A stretch of DNA of 64,000 nt from an uncultured Actinomycetes bacterium (GTDB lineage: Bacteria > Actinomycetota > Thermoleophilia > RBG-16-64-13): NCBI GenBank assembly GCA_963841735.1, contig CAWJDT010000001.1, forward strand, positions 256,001-320,000, written 5' to 3'. The stretch's first letter is position 1. The number at the start of each line of letters is the position of its first letter. The position numbers and the translations under genes were made by a program. Of this stretch, positions 9,675-20,100 are shown in pieces. The notes under the pieces were generated by a model, which saw nothing but the letters and a program-made list of their open reading frames with translations, was not told the origin of the DNA and did not search any database.

Positions 9675-9747
9675 AGCCGACGTGGGGAATCGAACCCCAG
9701 ACCTGCTCATTACGAGTGAGCTGCTCTACCATCTGAGCTACGTCGGC
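9675..9747 (-). tRNA. tRNA-Thr(CGT)
   Basis: GCCGACG acceptor stem, D-arm AGCTCAGATGGTAGAGC, anticodon loop CT-CGT-AA, T-loop GGTTCGATTCC. No encoded CCA. Confidence 0.97.
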
Positions 9748-9756
9748 GGGCGCCAT

Positions 9757-9785
9757 AGTTTAGAAGTAAAGCAGAACGCTGACAA
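9757..9785 (-). promoter_or_regulatory. Housekeeping-sigma promoter of tRNA-Thr
   Basis: TTGTCA-N17-TAAACT on the minus strand, ending 10 nt before the tRNA. Confidence 0.75.
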
Positions 9786-9883
9786 GCGCCCCTACAACGC
9801 GCTGCCAAAGAAACGCATCCGCGAAGCGATTTGGCGGCCGGGACTTCGCTTTTCAGCAGCCTTGTAGCCCCGACCTCGGGCTA

Positions 9884-11365
9884 CTAGCCCTCCGAACCTC
9901 CGCCGCCGGCCGGGCTACCCCCACTACCGGAGCCGCTACCCGGACCGGCCCCAACACCAGAGCCTCCCGTCGCCCCACCGCCCTCGCCGCCTGGGCGCCT
10001 GGGCCTGCGTCGCCGCCGATTCCGGCTGCCACCGCCCCCATTGCCGCCGCCGCTCTGCTCGCCACCGCCGCCCTCTGGCCTGGCGCCGCCGCCGGCTCCA
10101 CCACCCGTCTGCGAGTTACCCTCGCCTGAGCCTTGCCGCTGGTCGGAGCGTTGCCCGACAGGCCTGTCGGGCCCACGGCGCCGGTTGCCGCCGCCACCGC
10201 GGCCCTCGCCCTGGCCGCCGCCCGGGCCGCCGGAGCCTGTCCCACCTGGAGCGCCCGCATCCGCACCTGTACCAGCCTGGTCGGCACCGCCGGTTCCGCC
10301 GGCCGCGCCCTCAGCCCCCTGGCCTGGCGCCCGGCCCGGACCCCGCCGCCTCCCCCGTCCGCGCCTGCCCCGTCCGCGCCGAGGGCCCTCGGCACCCGCC
10401 GCGTCGGCCGGTTCCCCGTTTCCACCCACAAACGCATCCCCGTCCTCTACCGACTGGGCCTCGATGTTGCGCTCCATTGCCGCCAACCTCTCCATACCCG
10501 CCGGGCTCTCCAGCCACGACGCCGGTGAAGGCGGTTCCTCCTCGGGAGTGACCAGCAGCCCGCCGCCCTCTTGCCGTGAGCAAGTACGAAGCTTGACGTC
10601 GGCGAACGTCCCGTCGTCCATGCGCACGGTGAGGGATTCCTTGGTCATGCTGTAGCCCGCGACGGCGCCGTCTCCGCCGGGTCCGGAGACCGGAGTCCCC
10701 TTGGGCGGCGCCTCTTTGCGGAAGCGCACGTACTGCTCCTGCTCGTACTTGAGACAGCACATCAGACGGCCGCACAGGCCGGAGATCTTCACCGGGTTAA
10801 GCGGCAGGTTCTGCTCCTTGGCCATCCGGATGGATACCGGCTCGTCATCGCCAGGGAAGAGGGTGCAGCACAGGCCCCGGCCGCACGGGCCCAGTCCGCC
10901 CACCATGCGTGCCTCCTCGCGGGCCCCCACCTGGCGGAGCTCGATGCGAACCTTAAGCACCTTAGAAAGATCGGCGACCAGCGTCCGGAAATCGACTCTC
11001 TCCTCGGAGGTGAAACTGAAGGTGATCTTCTCGCCGCCGAAACCCAGGTCGGCATCTACCAGCTTCATGTCGAGGCCATGACTGGAAATCAGCTCCCGGC
11101 AGGTGGCCATAGCTTCTTTGCGCAGGGCCACATTGGCCGCCAACGACTCCAGATCCTTATCCGTGGCCACTCGGGCCACTTTTTTGAGCTGAGCCGGGAT
11201 ATCCGCGTCATCGACGGCGTGCGAAGGCTCGACTACCTGGCCTATCTCGGGGCCGCTCGAAGTCTGCACGACCACGCGATCTCCCCGGGATAGCTCGAGA
11301 CCGGCCGGGTCAAAATGATAGACCTTGCCCCCACCCCGGAAAATGACTCCCACGACCTCGGCCAC
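9884..11365 (-). CDS. ricT: PSP1/RicT (YaaT) family protein with long Gly/Arg-rich C-terminal tail
   Basis: RVDFR.LV, RIELRQVG.R, GPCGRGLCC, SIRMAKEQNL, SGLCGRLMCCLKYE. Conserved tmk-holB-yaaT synteny. Confidence 0.92.
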   Translation of the reverse strand: MAEVVGVIFRGGGKVYHFDPAGLELSRGDRVVVQTSSGPEIGQVVEPSHAVDDADIPAQLKKVARVATDKDLESLAANVALRKEAMATCRELISSHGLDMKLVDADLGFGGEKITFSFTSEERVDFRTLVADLSKVLKVRIELRQVGAREEARMVGGLGPCGRGLCCTLFPGDDEPVSIRMAKEQNLPLNPVKISGLCGRLMCCLKYEQEQYVRFRKEAPPKGTPVSGPGGDGAVAGYSMTKESLTVRMDDGTFADVKLRTCSRQEGGGLLVTPEEEPPSPASWLESPAGMERLAAMERNIEAQSVEDGDAFVGGNGEPADAAGAEGPRRGRGRRGRGRRRGPGRAPGQGAEGAAGGTGGADQAGTGADAGAPGGTGSGGPGGGQGEGRGGGGNRRRGPDRPVGQRSDQRQGSGEGNSQTGGGAGGGARPEGGGGEQSGGGNGGGGSRNRRRRRPRRPGGEGGGATGGSGVGAGPGSGSGSGGSPAGGGGSEG

Positions 11366-12486
11366 TACGTCAGGGCCTCCTTGATAGCACGGAACATGTC
11401 CCCGATCGCACACCGGGCATCCACATTATAGCGGAGCCGTTCCTGCACCCTCCGCACAGCCTCCACAGCGCCGGTGTAGGCCAGAGCTTTTCCGGATACG
11501 GCGTCCGCACGCAACTGCTCCATACGGTCCTGGTTGAGCACCGCCTCCTCCGCCCCCACCGAGACCAGAGCCAGGTCCCGGTACCAGCCGGCGAAGACGC
11601 CGACGGCCGTGTGGAGGCCGTACGTGAGCGCTCGCCTCTGCTGCCGCTTCGCCCTCTCTTCGTGCCGTTTCTTCAGCCACGCCTTGGTCCGGGCATCGCC
11701 GGCCCACTGCAGGGCCCGCTCCAGCTCCGCCTCCAGGTCGGTGGCCCGTTCTCCGGCCCGGGCTTCCACCGTGGCCATGAGTTCGTCGACAGCCTCCTGT
11801 GTCTCCATGAGCCCGGCGCGGGCGATGCCCCGAGCAAGATCTAGCGACTGGTCCCGCTGCCGCCGAGCGCTTTCTGATATGGCCAACTCACGGGCGTGAT
11901 CGAGGTCCCCTCCCGCGATCCGGGCGATGAGCACCGCCTCAGCCTCCGACTTGCCCGACCTGCGCGCCAAGTCGGCCGCCAACGCGGGAACCGGCACCGG
12001 CGCGAACACCACCGGCTGGCAGCGAGAGACGATGGTGGGCAGCAACCGCTCCGGGCGGTCGGTCACAAGGATGAAGTGCACGTGTGCCGGGGGCTCCTCC
12101 AGCGTCTTCAGGAAAGCGTTGGCGGCGGGGATGTTGAAGCTGTGCGCCTCCAGGATGATGTAGACCTTGACCCGGGCCTCATAGGGCCGATACACAGCAT
12201 GAAGGCTGATGCCGGCGACCTGATCCATGAGGATGAAGTTGCCCTCGGGGAAGACCGTCTCCACATCAGGATGCAGCCCGCCCAGCACGCGCCGGCAGGT
12301 GTTGCACTCGCCGCAGCCTCCGTCAGGGCAGGCCAGCCCCGCCGCGAAGGCCACCGCTGCCTCTGTCTTGCCGCCCCCTGGAGGTCCCTGAAAGAGGTAG
12401 GCATGTGAAGCGCCCTGCTCAAGCGAGCGTGCCAGGATGGACACCGCCATCGGCTGGCCCACGATATCGGCAAACAGATCGGTCAC
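11365..12486 (-). CDS. holB: DNA polymerase III delta' subunit
   Basis: HAYLFQGPPGGGK, Zn motif C..GGCGECNTC, ANAFLKTLEEPP, LLPTIVSRC. Confidence 0.95.
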   Translation of the reverse strand: MTDLFADIVGQPMAVSILARSLEQGASHAYLFQGPPGGGKTEAAVAFAAGLACPDGGCGECNTCRRVLGGLHPDVETVFPEGNFILMDQVAGISLHAVYRPYEARVKVYIILEAHSFNIPAANAFLKTLEEPPAHVHFILVTDRPERLLPTIVSRCQPVVFAPVPVPALAADLARRSGKSEAEAVLIARIAGGDLDHARELAISESARRQRDQSLDLARGIARAGLMETQEAVDELMATVEARAGERATDLEAELERALQWAGDARTKAWLKKRHEERAKRQQRRALTYGLHTAVGVFAGWYRDLALVSVGAEEAVLNQDRMEQLRADAVSGKALAYTGAVEAVRRVQERLRYNVDARCAIGDMFRAIKEALT

Positions 12487-12624
12487 TCTACCTCCCAAAC
12501 CGGCCGGGGCCGGCCCGCCGGTGCGCGCCGGCCCCCGCGAGGGCGACCCCGAGCCGGGGGCCGCGTCTTCGCGGTCCGCCCCGCCGCCGCGCTCCGCGCC
12601 CGCGGTCCGGCTCGCCTGTGCGAC

Positions 12625-13329
12625 CTAGTGACTGAACAGCTCCAGCTCCTGCTCCACCATCGCCCACACCCGCTCCTGCACCTCGACCGCGCTCCCTCGA
12701 GCGTCGATCCTGCGGATGCGGTGAGGATGCTGCGCCAACAACTCCCGGAAACCCTCGCCAACTCGCCTATGGAAGTCCTGATTCTCGGCCTCCAGACGAT
12801 CCGGCACCGCCCCCAACCGCGTGGAGCGGACGGCGTCGTCGAGATCCAGATACAGGGTGAGGTCGGGGAACAGGCACTCGGTGGCCCACACGTTGAGCGT
12901 GATGATGTCGTCGGTACCCAGCCCGCGGCCGTAGCCCTGGTAGGCGAGCGATGAGTCGAGATAGCGGTCGCAAAGCACCACTTGGCCGTCCTCCAAGGCC
13001 GGCCGAATCACCTGCTCGACCAAGTGTGCGCGGGCCGCGGCATAGAGCAGCGCCTCCGACCGAGCCGACATCCCGTGATGACGCGGGTCGAGCAGCACGT
13101 CTCTTATGGCCTCACCCAGAGTGGTGCCGCCGGGCTCGCGAGTCACCAAGACCACATAGCCCCTCTCCCGCAGAGCCATGGCCAGCAGCTCCATCTGCGT
13201 AGACTTGCCGCAGCCATCGAGCCCCTCGAAGGTTATGAAAACACCCTTGAGACCGGTGCCCAAACCTGCAAGCGCCGATTCGTCGAGGCTCGCGTCCTCC
13301 GGTGGCTCCAAGTCGCGTATATCGCTCAA
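12625..13329 (-). CDS. tmk: Thymidylate kinase
   Basis: FITFEGLDGCGKSTQ, TREPGGT, CDRYLDSSLAYQG. Confidence 0.96.
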   Translation of the reverse strand: MSDIRDLEPPEDASLDESALAGLGTGLKGVFITFEGLDGCGKSTQMELLAMALRERGYVVLVTREPGGTTLGEAIRDVLLDPRHHGMSARSEALLYAAARAHLVEQVIRPALEDGQVVLCDRYLDSSLAYQGYGRGLGTDDIITLNVWATECLFPDLTLYLDLDDAVRSTRLGAVPDRLEAENQDFHRRVGEGFRELLAQHPHRIRRIDARGSAVEVQERVWAMVEQELELFSH

Positions 13330-13345
13330 GCCACCTCTTCCGATC

Positions 13346-15712
13346 TCAGGCTTCTTCGTCCGGAGCGGCCACCTGGCCTGTGCCCTCGGTCGCGGCCACG
13401 CCGGCGCCCTCAGCGACTTTGCCGGAGGCGGGCCTGCGCGTTACCGGCTTGCGCACCGCGGGTTTCTTCGCAGCGCCGGCCGTGGTCTTGGCCGCCGCGG
13501 CCGCACTGGTCTTCTTCGGCGCCGCCTTGCGGGTCGTGGCCGACTTGGTGGTCTTCTTCGCCGCTGTCTTGCGGGCCGGCGCCGCGCCGGCCTCGCCGGA
13601 GGCGTCCTCCGAGCCGTCCTTGGCGACGCGACTCCCTGTGGTCTTGCCCCCGGCCAGGCGCTCCGCCTTGGCCGCCTGCTTCTGCCGGTACTCTTCCTTG
13701 GTGGGGCAGTGAGGGTCGAGGCAAAGGATCCACGGCCGTCGCCCGCCAAGTATCTTGATCTTCGGGGTATTGCACTGTGGGCATATGTCATCGGTGCCGA
13801 TGATGTCGCCCCTCTGCGGCAGCGGATAGGTCTGGTCGCAGTTGGGGTAACCCTCGCAGCCAACAAACCGCTTCTTGGTAGCTTTCGACCGGATGACGCG
13901 CAACTTCTCGGTGCCGCACTTAGGACAGGGGCCCAATATGCGATCGTCGGTGATGCCCTCGTAGATCTTGGCGGCCATCTGCACCTTGTTCTGCTCCAGC
14001 GAAGTGTAGGCCTGGCGCAGCAGATCGCGAGAGGTCTTCACCACCTCTTCCTTGGTGAGATCGCGCACAGAGATGGAGTCCATGTCCCTCTCCAGCTGGG
14101 CGGTCATCTCCGGAGTGGCGATGAGCGGGGCGAACTCCTGGAGAGCCTCGGCCATCTTCATGCCCATCTCGGTGGGCTCCACCGGGTTGCCATGCACATA
14201 GCCCCGGTCGTACAGGTTCTGGAGAATGGCGTGCCTCGTGGCTTTGGTGCCCAGGTTGTGTTTCTCCATCAACTCGATCAGGGGCCCTTGGCCATAGCGG
14301 GACGGCGGCTGAGTCTCTTTGGCCTCGAAGCTCTTGTCCGCCAGTTCCACCAAGTCGTCCTTCTGCAGTAAGGGCAGCTCGAGGTCCTTCTGGCGGCTGT
14401 AGTGGTAGTACTCAAGCCACCCGGCTTTGACCACCCGGCTGCCTCGGGCGAAGAAGGGCTCGCCGCTGATGGCCACGTCCACCCGGTTGGACTCCATGAT
14501 CGCTTCGTCGGCTAGGGTAGCCATGAAGCGCCGGACCACCAGCTCGTAGAGGCGCCAGTCCCGTTCGCTGAGATCGCCCTGCTTGGGACCACCGGTGGGA
14601 TAGATCGGAGGATGGTCGGTGGTCCGCTTCTCGCCGCGGCTGGGATGCAACGCCGGCTGGGCGAGCAACTGCCCAGCTTCGCGCTTGAACTCTCCCTGAG
14701 CCAATATCTCCAGCGCCTCACGCAGATCGAGCGACGTGGGGTACACCGTGTTGTCGGTGCGCGGGTAGCTGATGTGGCCCGCCATGTAGAGGTCCTCGGC
14801 GATGCGCATCGCCATGGCCGCGCCGAAGCCCAGCGAAGTGGCCGCGCTTGTGAAGCTGGTGGTGTTGAAAGGAGCCGGACGCGGCACCTTGCGCGAAGTC
14901 TGCTTGACGGCCGTGACCTGGCCCGGGCTGGCGATCTTCTCAAAAATGTCCGTTGCTTTGGCTTCGTCGGTGAACCGCTCTTCCTTGTGGACGGCGGTGA
15001 ATCTCTGTCCCCCCGAATCCAGCTCCACCTTGACCACCCAGAACGGCTCGGAAACAAACGCCCGCCGCTCCAGCTCCCGCTCGGCGATCAACACCAAGGT
15101 GGGGGTCTGCACCCGGCCCACACTGAGAAACTGACTGCCCAAGCGCGAAGTGGCCAACGACACAAACCGGGTGAGAGTGGCCCCCCAGATGAGGTCGATG
15201 TCCTGGCGGGCCTCTCCGGCCCTGGCCAGCGGTTCGGAGAGTTGATCCAGATTCGCAAAGGCCTTGGTGATCTCGCTTGGGGTCAACGCCGAGAAACGAG
15301 CCCGGCGAACTGTGCGGGAGAGCTTCGCGTTCTCTTCCACCGCCAAGTTGAGTGCCTCCAGCCCGATCAGCTCGCCCTCGCGGTCGAAGTCGGTGGCGAT
15401 GATGAGAGTCGTGGCATCGACGGCCAATCTCTTGACCGCCCGCACCACCGACTTAGCGGTCTCGGTCTTGATCAAGGGCGCGTCGATGAGCGACTTGACA
15501 TCCACCTTGCGCCACTCGGAGTATTCCGGAGGAAAGTCCACCTGCACCACGTGGCCCTTGAGTCCGACGCACGCGCTCGCGACGGCCCGCGGTGTCGGTG
15601 AAATAGGTAGTAGGGGACGCGGAGGTGCGATTCCTCCTTGACGCCCGCCCAGGGCCAGTATCCCGGAGATCTTCTTCGCGACGTCGTTCTTCTCGGTGAT
15701 GATCAGCTGCAA
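13346..15712 (-). CDS. topA: Type IA DNA topoisomerase (archaeal-like TopA) with Zn ribbons and Lys/Ala-rich tail; compensating indels near the N-terminus
   Basis: LIITEK, ATDFDREGELIG, SVGRVQTPTL, catalytic HISYPRTD, LGTKATR, CPKC/CPQC ribbons. Confidence 0.93.
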   Translation of the reverse strand: MQLIITEKNDVAKKISGILALGGRQGGIAPPRPLLPISPTPRAVASACVGLKGHVVQVDFPPEYSEWRKVDVKSLIDAPLIKTETAKSVVRAVKRLAVDATTLIIATDFDREGELIGLEALNLAVEENAKLSRTVRRARFSALTPSEITKAFANLDQLSEPLARAGEARQDIDLIWGATLTRFVSLATSRLGSQFLSVGRVQTPTLVLIAERELERRAFVSEPFWVVKVELDSGGQRFTAVHKEERFTDEAKATDIFEKIASPGQVTAVKQTSRKVPRPAPFNTTSFTSAATSLGFGAAMAMRIAEDLYMAGHISYPRTDNTVYPTSLDLREALEILAQGEFKREAGQLLAQPALHPSRGEKRTTDHPPIYPTGGPKQGDLSERDWRLYELVVRRFMATLADEAIMESNRVDVAISGEPFFARGSRVVKAGWLEYYHYSRQKDLELPLLQKDDLVELADKSFEAKETQPPSRYGQGPLIELMEKHNLGTKATRHAILQNLYDRGYVHGNPVEPTEMGMKMAEALQEFAPLIATPEMTAQLERDMDSISVRDLTKEEVVKTSRDLLRQAYTSLEQNKVQMAAKIYEGITDDRILGPCPKCGTEKLRVIRSKATKKRFVGCEGYPNCDQTYPLPQRGDIIGTDDICPQCNTPKIKILGGRRPWILCLDPHCPTKEEYRQKQAAKAERLAGGKTTGSRVAKDGSEDASGEAGAAPARKTAAKKTTKSATTRKAAPKKTSAAAAAKTTAGAAKKPAVRKPVTRRPASGKVAEGAGVAATEGTGQVAAPDEEA

Positions 15713-15798
15713 AAGGGAGTCTCCTCGCGCACCAGGGTACGGGACTTATAAGAGCGAACGATAGCATGCCCATCGGCGCGGACGCCCGGGCATCGAAG

Positions 15799-16135
15799 TC
15801 AAACGCCGGCTAGCGCGGTCTCCACTTGGGAAAAGATGGCGAAGATGCCGTCAAAGCCGGTGATGTGAAAGATCTTGAGCAAGAAGGGATCGTCCACGAC
15901 TAGACGAAAGTCGCCTCCGCCGGCCTGCGCCGCCTGATGCGCGCCGGCCAGGACACCAAGGGCGGTGGAGTCGATGAACTGCACCTGGGAGAGGTCGAGC
16001 ACCACACGGCCGCCCGAGGGCACGGACTCTTCAAGCGTCTCCCGCAACCGTGGAGCCGTGTACACGTCGAGATCGCCACCAACGTGGATGACGGTCGAAT
16101 CCGCCGTTCGCCTCGGTGCTGATAGACAGACTCAA
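15799..16135 (-). CDS. STAS anti-sigma-factor antagonist (RsbV-like), one indel near the 5' end
   Basis: GDLDVYTAPRLRE, VLDLSQVQFIDSTALG. The likely TTG start at 16135 (GAGGA RBS) is one base out of frame. Confidence 0.85.
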
Positions 16136-16239
16136 ACGCTTCCTCTCAATGCCCGGGACGGCTGGATAGCACCTGTCCGAGCAGATCGACCAGTGACTTC
16201 AGTATATACATTTCGGGAAGAATCTGCGTTTCCCGCAGG

Positions 16240-16958
16240 CTAGCCGGTCGTGGAAGTGGTCACGGCCGTAGTCGTGGTAGTGGCAGCCGGCAGAGTGGTG
16301 GTCGTGGTGGCACCGGTGGCGCTAGTAGTGGTGTTACCGATGAGCTCGTCCAGTTGTGCTGGATGATCTTCGCATAGTCACCGTTGGGATCGAGCTGCAG
16401 GTATTTCTGCCAGGCCAGGGCGGCCGCCTCGACGTTCCCCAGGACTTCTGGGCCGTCCCTAGCTTGAGAAAGATGTCGGGGTTGTTGGGATCGACAACTA
16501 TGGCCTTGTTGAGCGTCACCACCGCCGGTTGCAGTGCCGCGGAGGTACCCATCGTAGTGATGTAGATGTCGGCCAGCCGCAAGTAGACTTCTTTGAGGCT
16601 CGGATCGACTTCTATGGCCCGCTCGAGCGTAGGCGATCCGCCAGCTGCAGGTACTGGGAATCGCCTTGGTCCCTCACCCGCTTGGTACAAGCGCTGGTAG
16701 ACGGTGGCGGCGCCCTGCATGGCTCGGTGTCGTCGGGATTCGGCCGCAAGAGCAGCCTCAGGTACGTAGCCAATTGGCCCAGCCCGGTGACAGGCACGGT
16801 GGTCTCGGTGCAGCCGCCCGAGAGAATCTCGGAGAAGGTTGAAGCCAGCACCGCCCGTAGCCGATGCCCATAAAGAGGAAGCCCGCCGCGAAGATGATCG
16901 CCAGCCCCAGAGCCACCCACTTGGCCCACTTCCTTATTCGCCTACGGTCAAGAAGCAA
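16240..16958 (-). CDS. Membrane-anchored TPR protein with Thr-rich C-terminus (several indels)
   Basis: N-terminal TM segment (WVALGLAIIF), TPR-like LERAIEVDP..KEVYLRLA and LNKAIVVDPNNPDIFLKLG across shifted frames. Confidence 0.65.
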
Positions 16959-17113
16959 GGTGTTCTCCTAGAGGTCGATTCCCCCGTGCAGGCCCGACGG
17001 CAGGGACCGGCCGGCCCTTACGGCTGCGGACTGCCCGACAGATTATGCCGTACTCGGGGCTTTGTCGCCACTATAAGCGCCGCAAAGCAGTCCCGCGACC
17101 AGAGATTGTGCGC

Positions 17114-20100
17114 CTATTCGAGTTCCCAGAGTAAGCAAGGATGCCCTTGGTGAGACCCTGGACGATCTTGTCCTGATAGGCGGCGGTCGCAAGCAGTCGG
17201 TCTTCGGCCGGATTGGTCATGAAGCCGATCTCGGGAATGATCACGGGCACGTCCGACCAGTTGAAACCGGTCATGTCGCTCCGGACCATGAGACCGCGAT
17301 TGGTCGCCCCGGTTGCCGCCACCAGCTCCTTGCAGGACTACGGTGGCCGCGCTCTTCGAGGCCACGGCGATGTCGTCCGTCCAGCCCGGCGACGCTGGCG
17401 GGATAGAGAACGTGCGCGCCGGCCACCGCCCGGTTGGGATACGCATCGGCGTGGACACGGACCAACAGATCGGCGCCGGCCTGATTCGCCATCAGCGCGC
17501 GCTGCACGTTGGATACGTTCACGTCCTGAGTGGTGCGGGTCATGATCACGGTGATGCCTTGGGCCTCAAGCGCGTCCCGCAGCTTCAGCGACACGGCAAG
17601 AACCAGTTGGCTCTCGCGAGTGCCCGTGACCACGCCCATGGCGCCGGCGCTGACCTTGGCCTTCTTCTCAGTGGATCCCGGCCCAATCGGTTCCAGGCTG
17701 TAGATCGGCCTTGGCCTGATGGCCGGGGTCGATGACCACTACCAGGCCTGATGTGGGACGCCCCAGGGTCCCAGCGATGTCAAAGGCATCGGTTCCGATG
17801 TTGTAGCCGGTTGCCGCGGGATTCTTGGTACCGGTCCAACTGATGGTGACGGTGTGAGTGCCTGAGCTCAGGGTCCCACTCTGCCACACCTTCTGTTGCC
17901 AGACCTCCTTGGCGCTGTAGAGATCGACGATGGTGGGGGCGCCGCCGTCGAGGATCAGCCGAGCTTTGCCGTACACCGGGCTCTTCTTGGTGACCCAGAC
18001 AAAGGAGGTGCCGGTGAATGTGACGGTTACCGACGACCCCACGCTGTTGGCGTAGCGGAAGCTACGGGCGGAGGCCGCCGGCGCCCAGGCGTTGGTTTTC
18101 CAAGTGCCCACATAAGCCAGACCAGCATCGCCCTGTTCGAAACGCTTGACCACGGGTGCCTTGGCGGTCGTAGTGGCGGTGGTCACCGGCATCGTAGTCG
18201 TGGTGGTTGGCGCCAGGGTGGTCGTGGTGGTTGGCGCGATGGTGGTCGGCAGGGCCTGCCCCAAGGTGCCCAGCGATGTCAAAGGCATCGGTTCCGATGT
18301 TGTAGTCGACAGCCAAAGGATTCTTGGTGCCGGTCCAACTCGATGGTGACGGTGTGGGTGCCCTGCTCCAGAGTCCCGCTCTGCCACACCTTCTGCTGCC
18401 AGACTTCCGTGGCGCTGTAGAGATCGACGATGGTGGGGGTGCCGCCGTCGAGGGTCAGCCGGGCCTTGCCGTACCTCGGGCTCATCTTGGTGACCCAGGT
18501 AAGGGAGGTGCCGGTGAACTGGACCGTGACCGAGCAGACGGACATGTTGGCGTAGCGATAGCTGCGGCTGGAGGCCGACGAGAGGGGAGCAGCGATCCAA
18601 GTGCCCCTATACAGCAGGTTTGCGTCGGCCTGTTCGTAGCGCTTGACCGGCGCCGGATCGGCCGCGATGGTGGTAGTTGTGCCCGGAGATACGGTGGTGG
18701 TCGTTGTGGTGGTGGTTGTGGCCGTGACCGGCGACGTGGTCGTGGTGGTAGAGGGAGGCGTCGTCGTGGTCGTGGTAGACGCGGCAGTGGTGGTAGTCAG
18801 CGGCGACGTGCCCGATGGTGCCCAGGATGTCGAAAGCGTCGACTCCGATGTTGGTGTTGGTCGCCAACGGATTCTTCGCGCCGGTCCAACTGATGGTGAC
18901 GGTGTGAGCGCCGTCGTCTCAGCGTCCCGCTCTGCCAGACCTTCTGCTGCCAGACTTCCGTGGCGCTGTAGAGGTCCACCTGCACCACCGGCCCACCATC
19001 GACGACGACGGTCGCGATTCCGTAGACCGGGCTCTTCTTGTTGAGCCAGATGAAGGAGGTGCCGGTGAACTTGACGGTGACCGCGGACCCAGAAGCGTTG
19101 GCGTAGCAGAAACTGCTGTTGGAGGCCGCCGATGCCGTCAGGAGTTGACGCTCCAGGTACCCTTGTACACCAGACTTGGATCGCTCTGCTGATAGCGAGT
19201 GTAGGGCGATACGATGCGTCGCGCCGTGATGTAGCTGGCACGGTAAGCGTTCTCGATGGTGACCAAGTCACCACTACGCGGCGCATTGATCATCATGCCC
19301 ACCACCAACGTAGATGCCCACGTGGCTGATGGGGGTGTAGAAGAAGATGAGGTCGCCGGGTTTGAGATCGGCTTTGCTGACAGGCGTACCGTACGTGGCC
19401 TGTGAGCCGGAGTAGTGCGGCAGACGTGGTCCCGAGCTTCCCGTAGACGTACATGGCGAACCCGGAGCAGTCGAAGCCCGTGCTCGTACTCGCACCGGCC
19501 CAGAGGTAGGGCACTCCCACGTACTTGAGCGCTTCTTGCACGACCTTGTCGCCCATCCAGGCGGGGCCATCGTCCGTGTAGACATAGACATCCTTGGTAC
19601 TGGCCGGACTCTTCCCCCAGAAGTTGGTGACACCCACCTCCACCGGACAAGCACCTTCGGCCGCCGGAACGGAGAGGATGGTGAGCTGCGTGCCGGAGTC
19701 GATCCGCCAGCCGGAAGCCGGAAGCACGGCCTTGCCCATACGCACCTCGGTCACCCCGTTCAGCCCACTGCCCGTGACGGTAAGGCCGCCCCCTCCCGCC
19801 ACCGGCCCGATCGTTGCGGAGAGACCGGTGATGCGCGGGCTGTTGAGACTCTTTACCTCCCGGTAGACCGCCCACCCAAGCCCCACAAAGTCAACCGTGC
19901 ATATCTGCGCGGCCCGGGCCTTCATCGCTGTGACGGTGGGACCCGGCAGGCTGGCGACCGTGGAGAGCAACACTACGCCTTTGTAGCGGGCAAAGTACGG
20001 GGCCAGCACGGCACCGTCGGGGAAGTCGTAGCCGGGCACCAAGCCTACCCGTTCATAGCTTGCCCAGCCTTTGGAGACGGCATACTCCGCCAGTTGGTGG

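Noticed and set aside
5300-9675. Intact mobile element integrated at tRNA-Thr
   Set aside because: No integrase, transposase or duplicated tRNA 3' end seen in the window.
9643-9756. N-terminal extension of the DctP ORF
   Set aside because: It reads through the tRNA-Thr gene. The real start is GTG 9642 with RBS and signal peptide.
12487-12624. Very GC-rich tmk-holB spacer with GGCCCCCG/CGGGGGCC stem as an ncRNA
   Set aside because: Pairing is expected by chance at this GC content. No second copy or recognisable motif.
16245-18800. Short GTGGTC/GTGGTA tandem repeats as CRISPR or VNTR
   Set aside because: They encode Thr-rich linkers on the minus strand. No repeat-spacer structure or cas genes.
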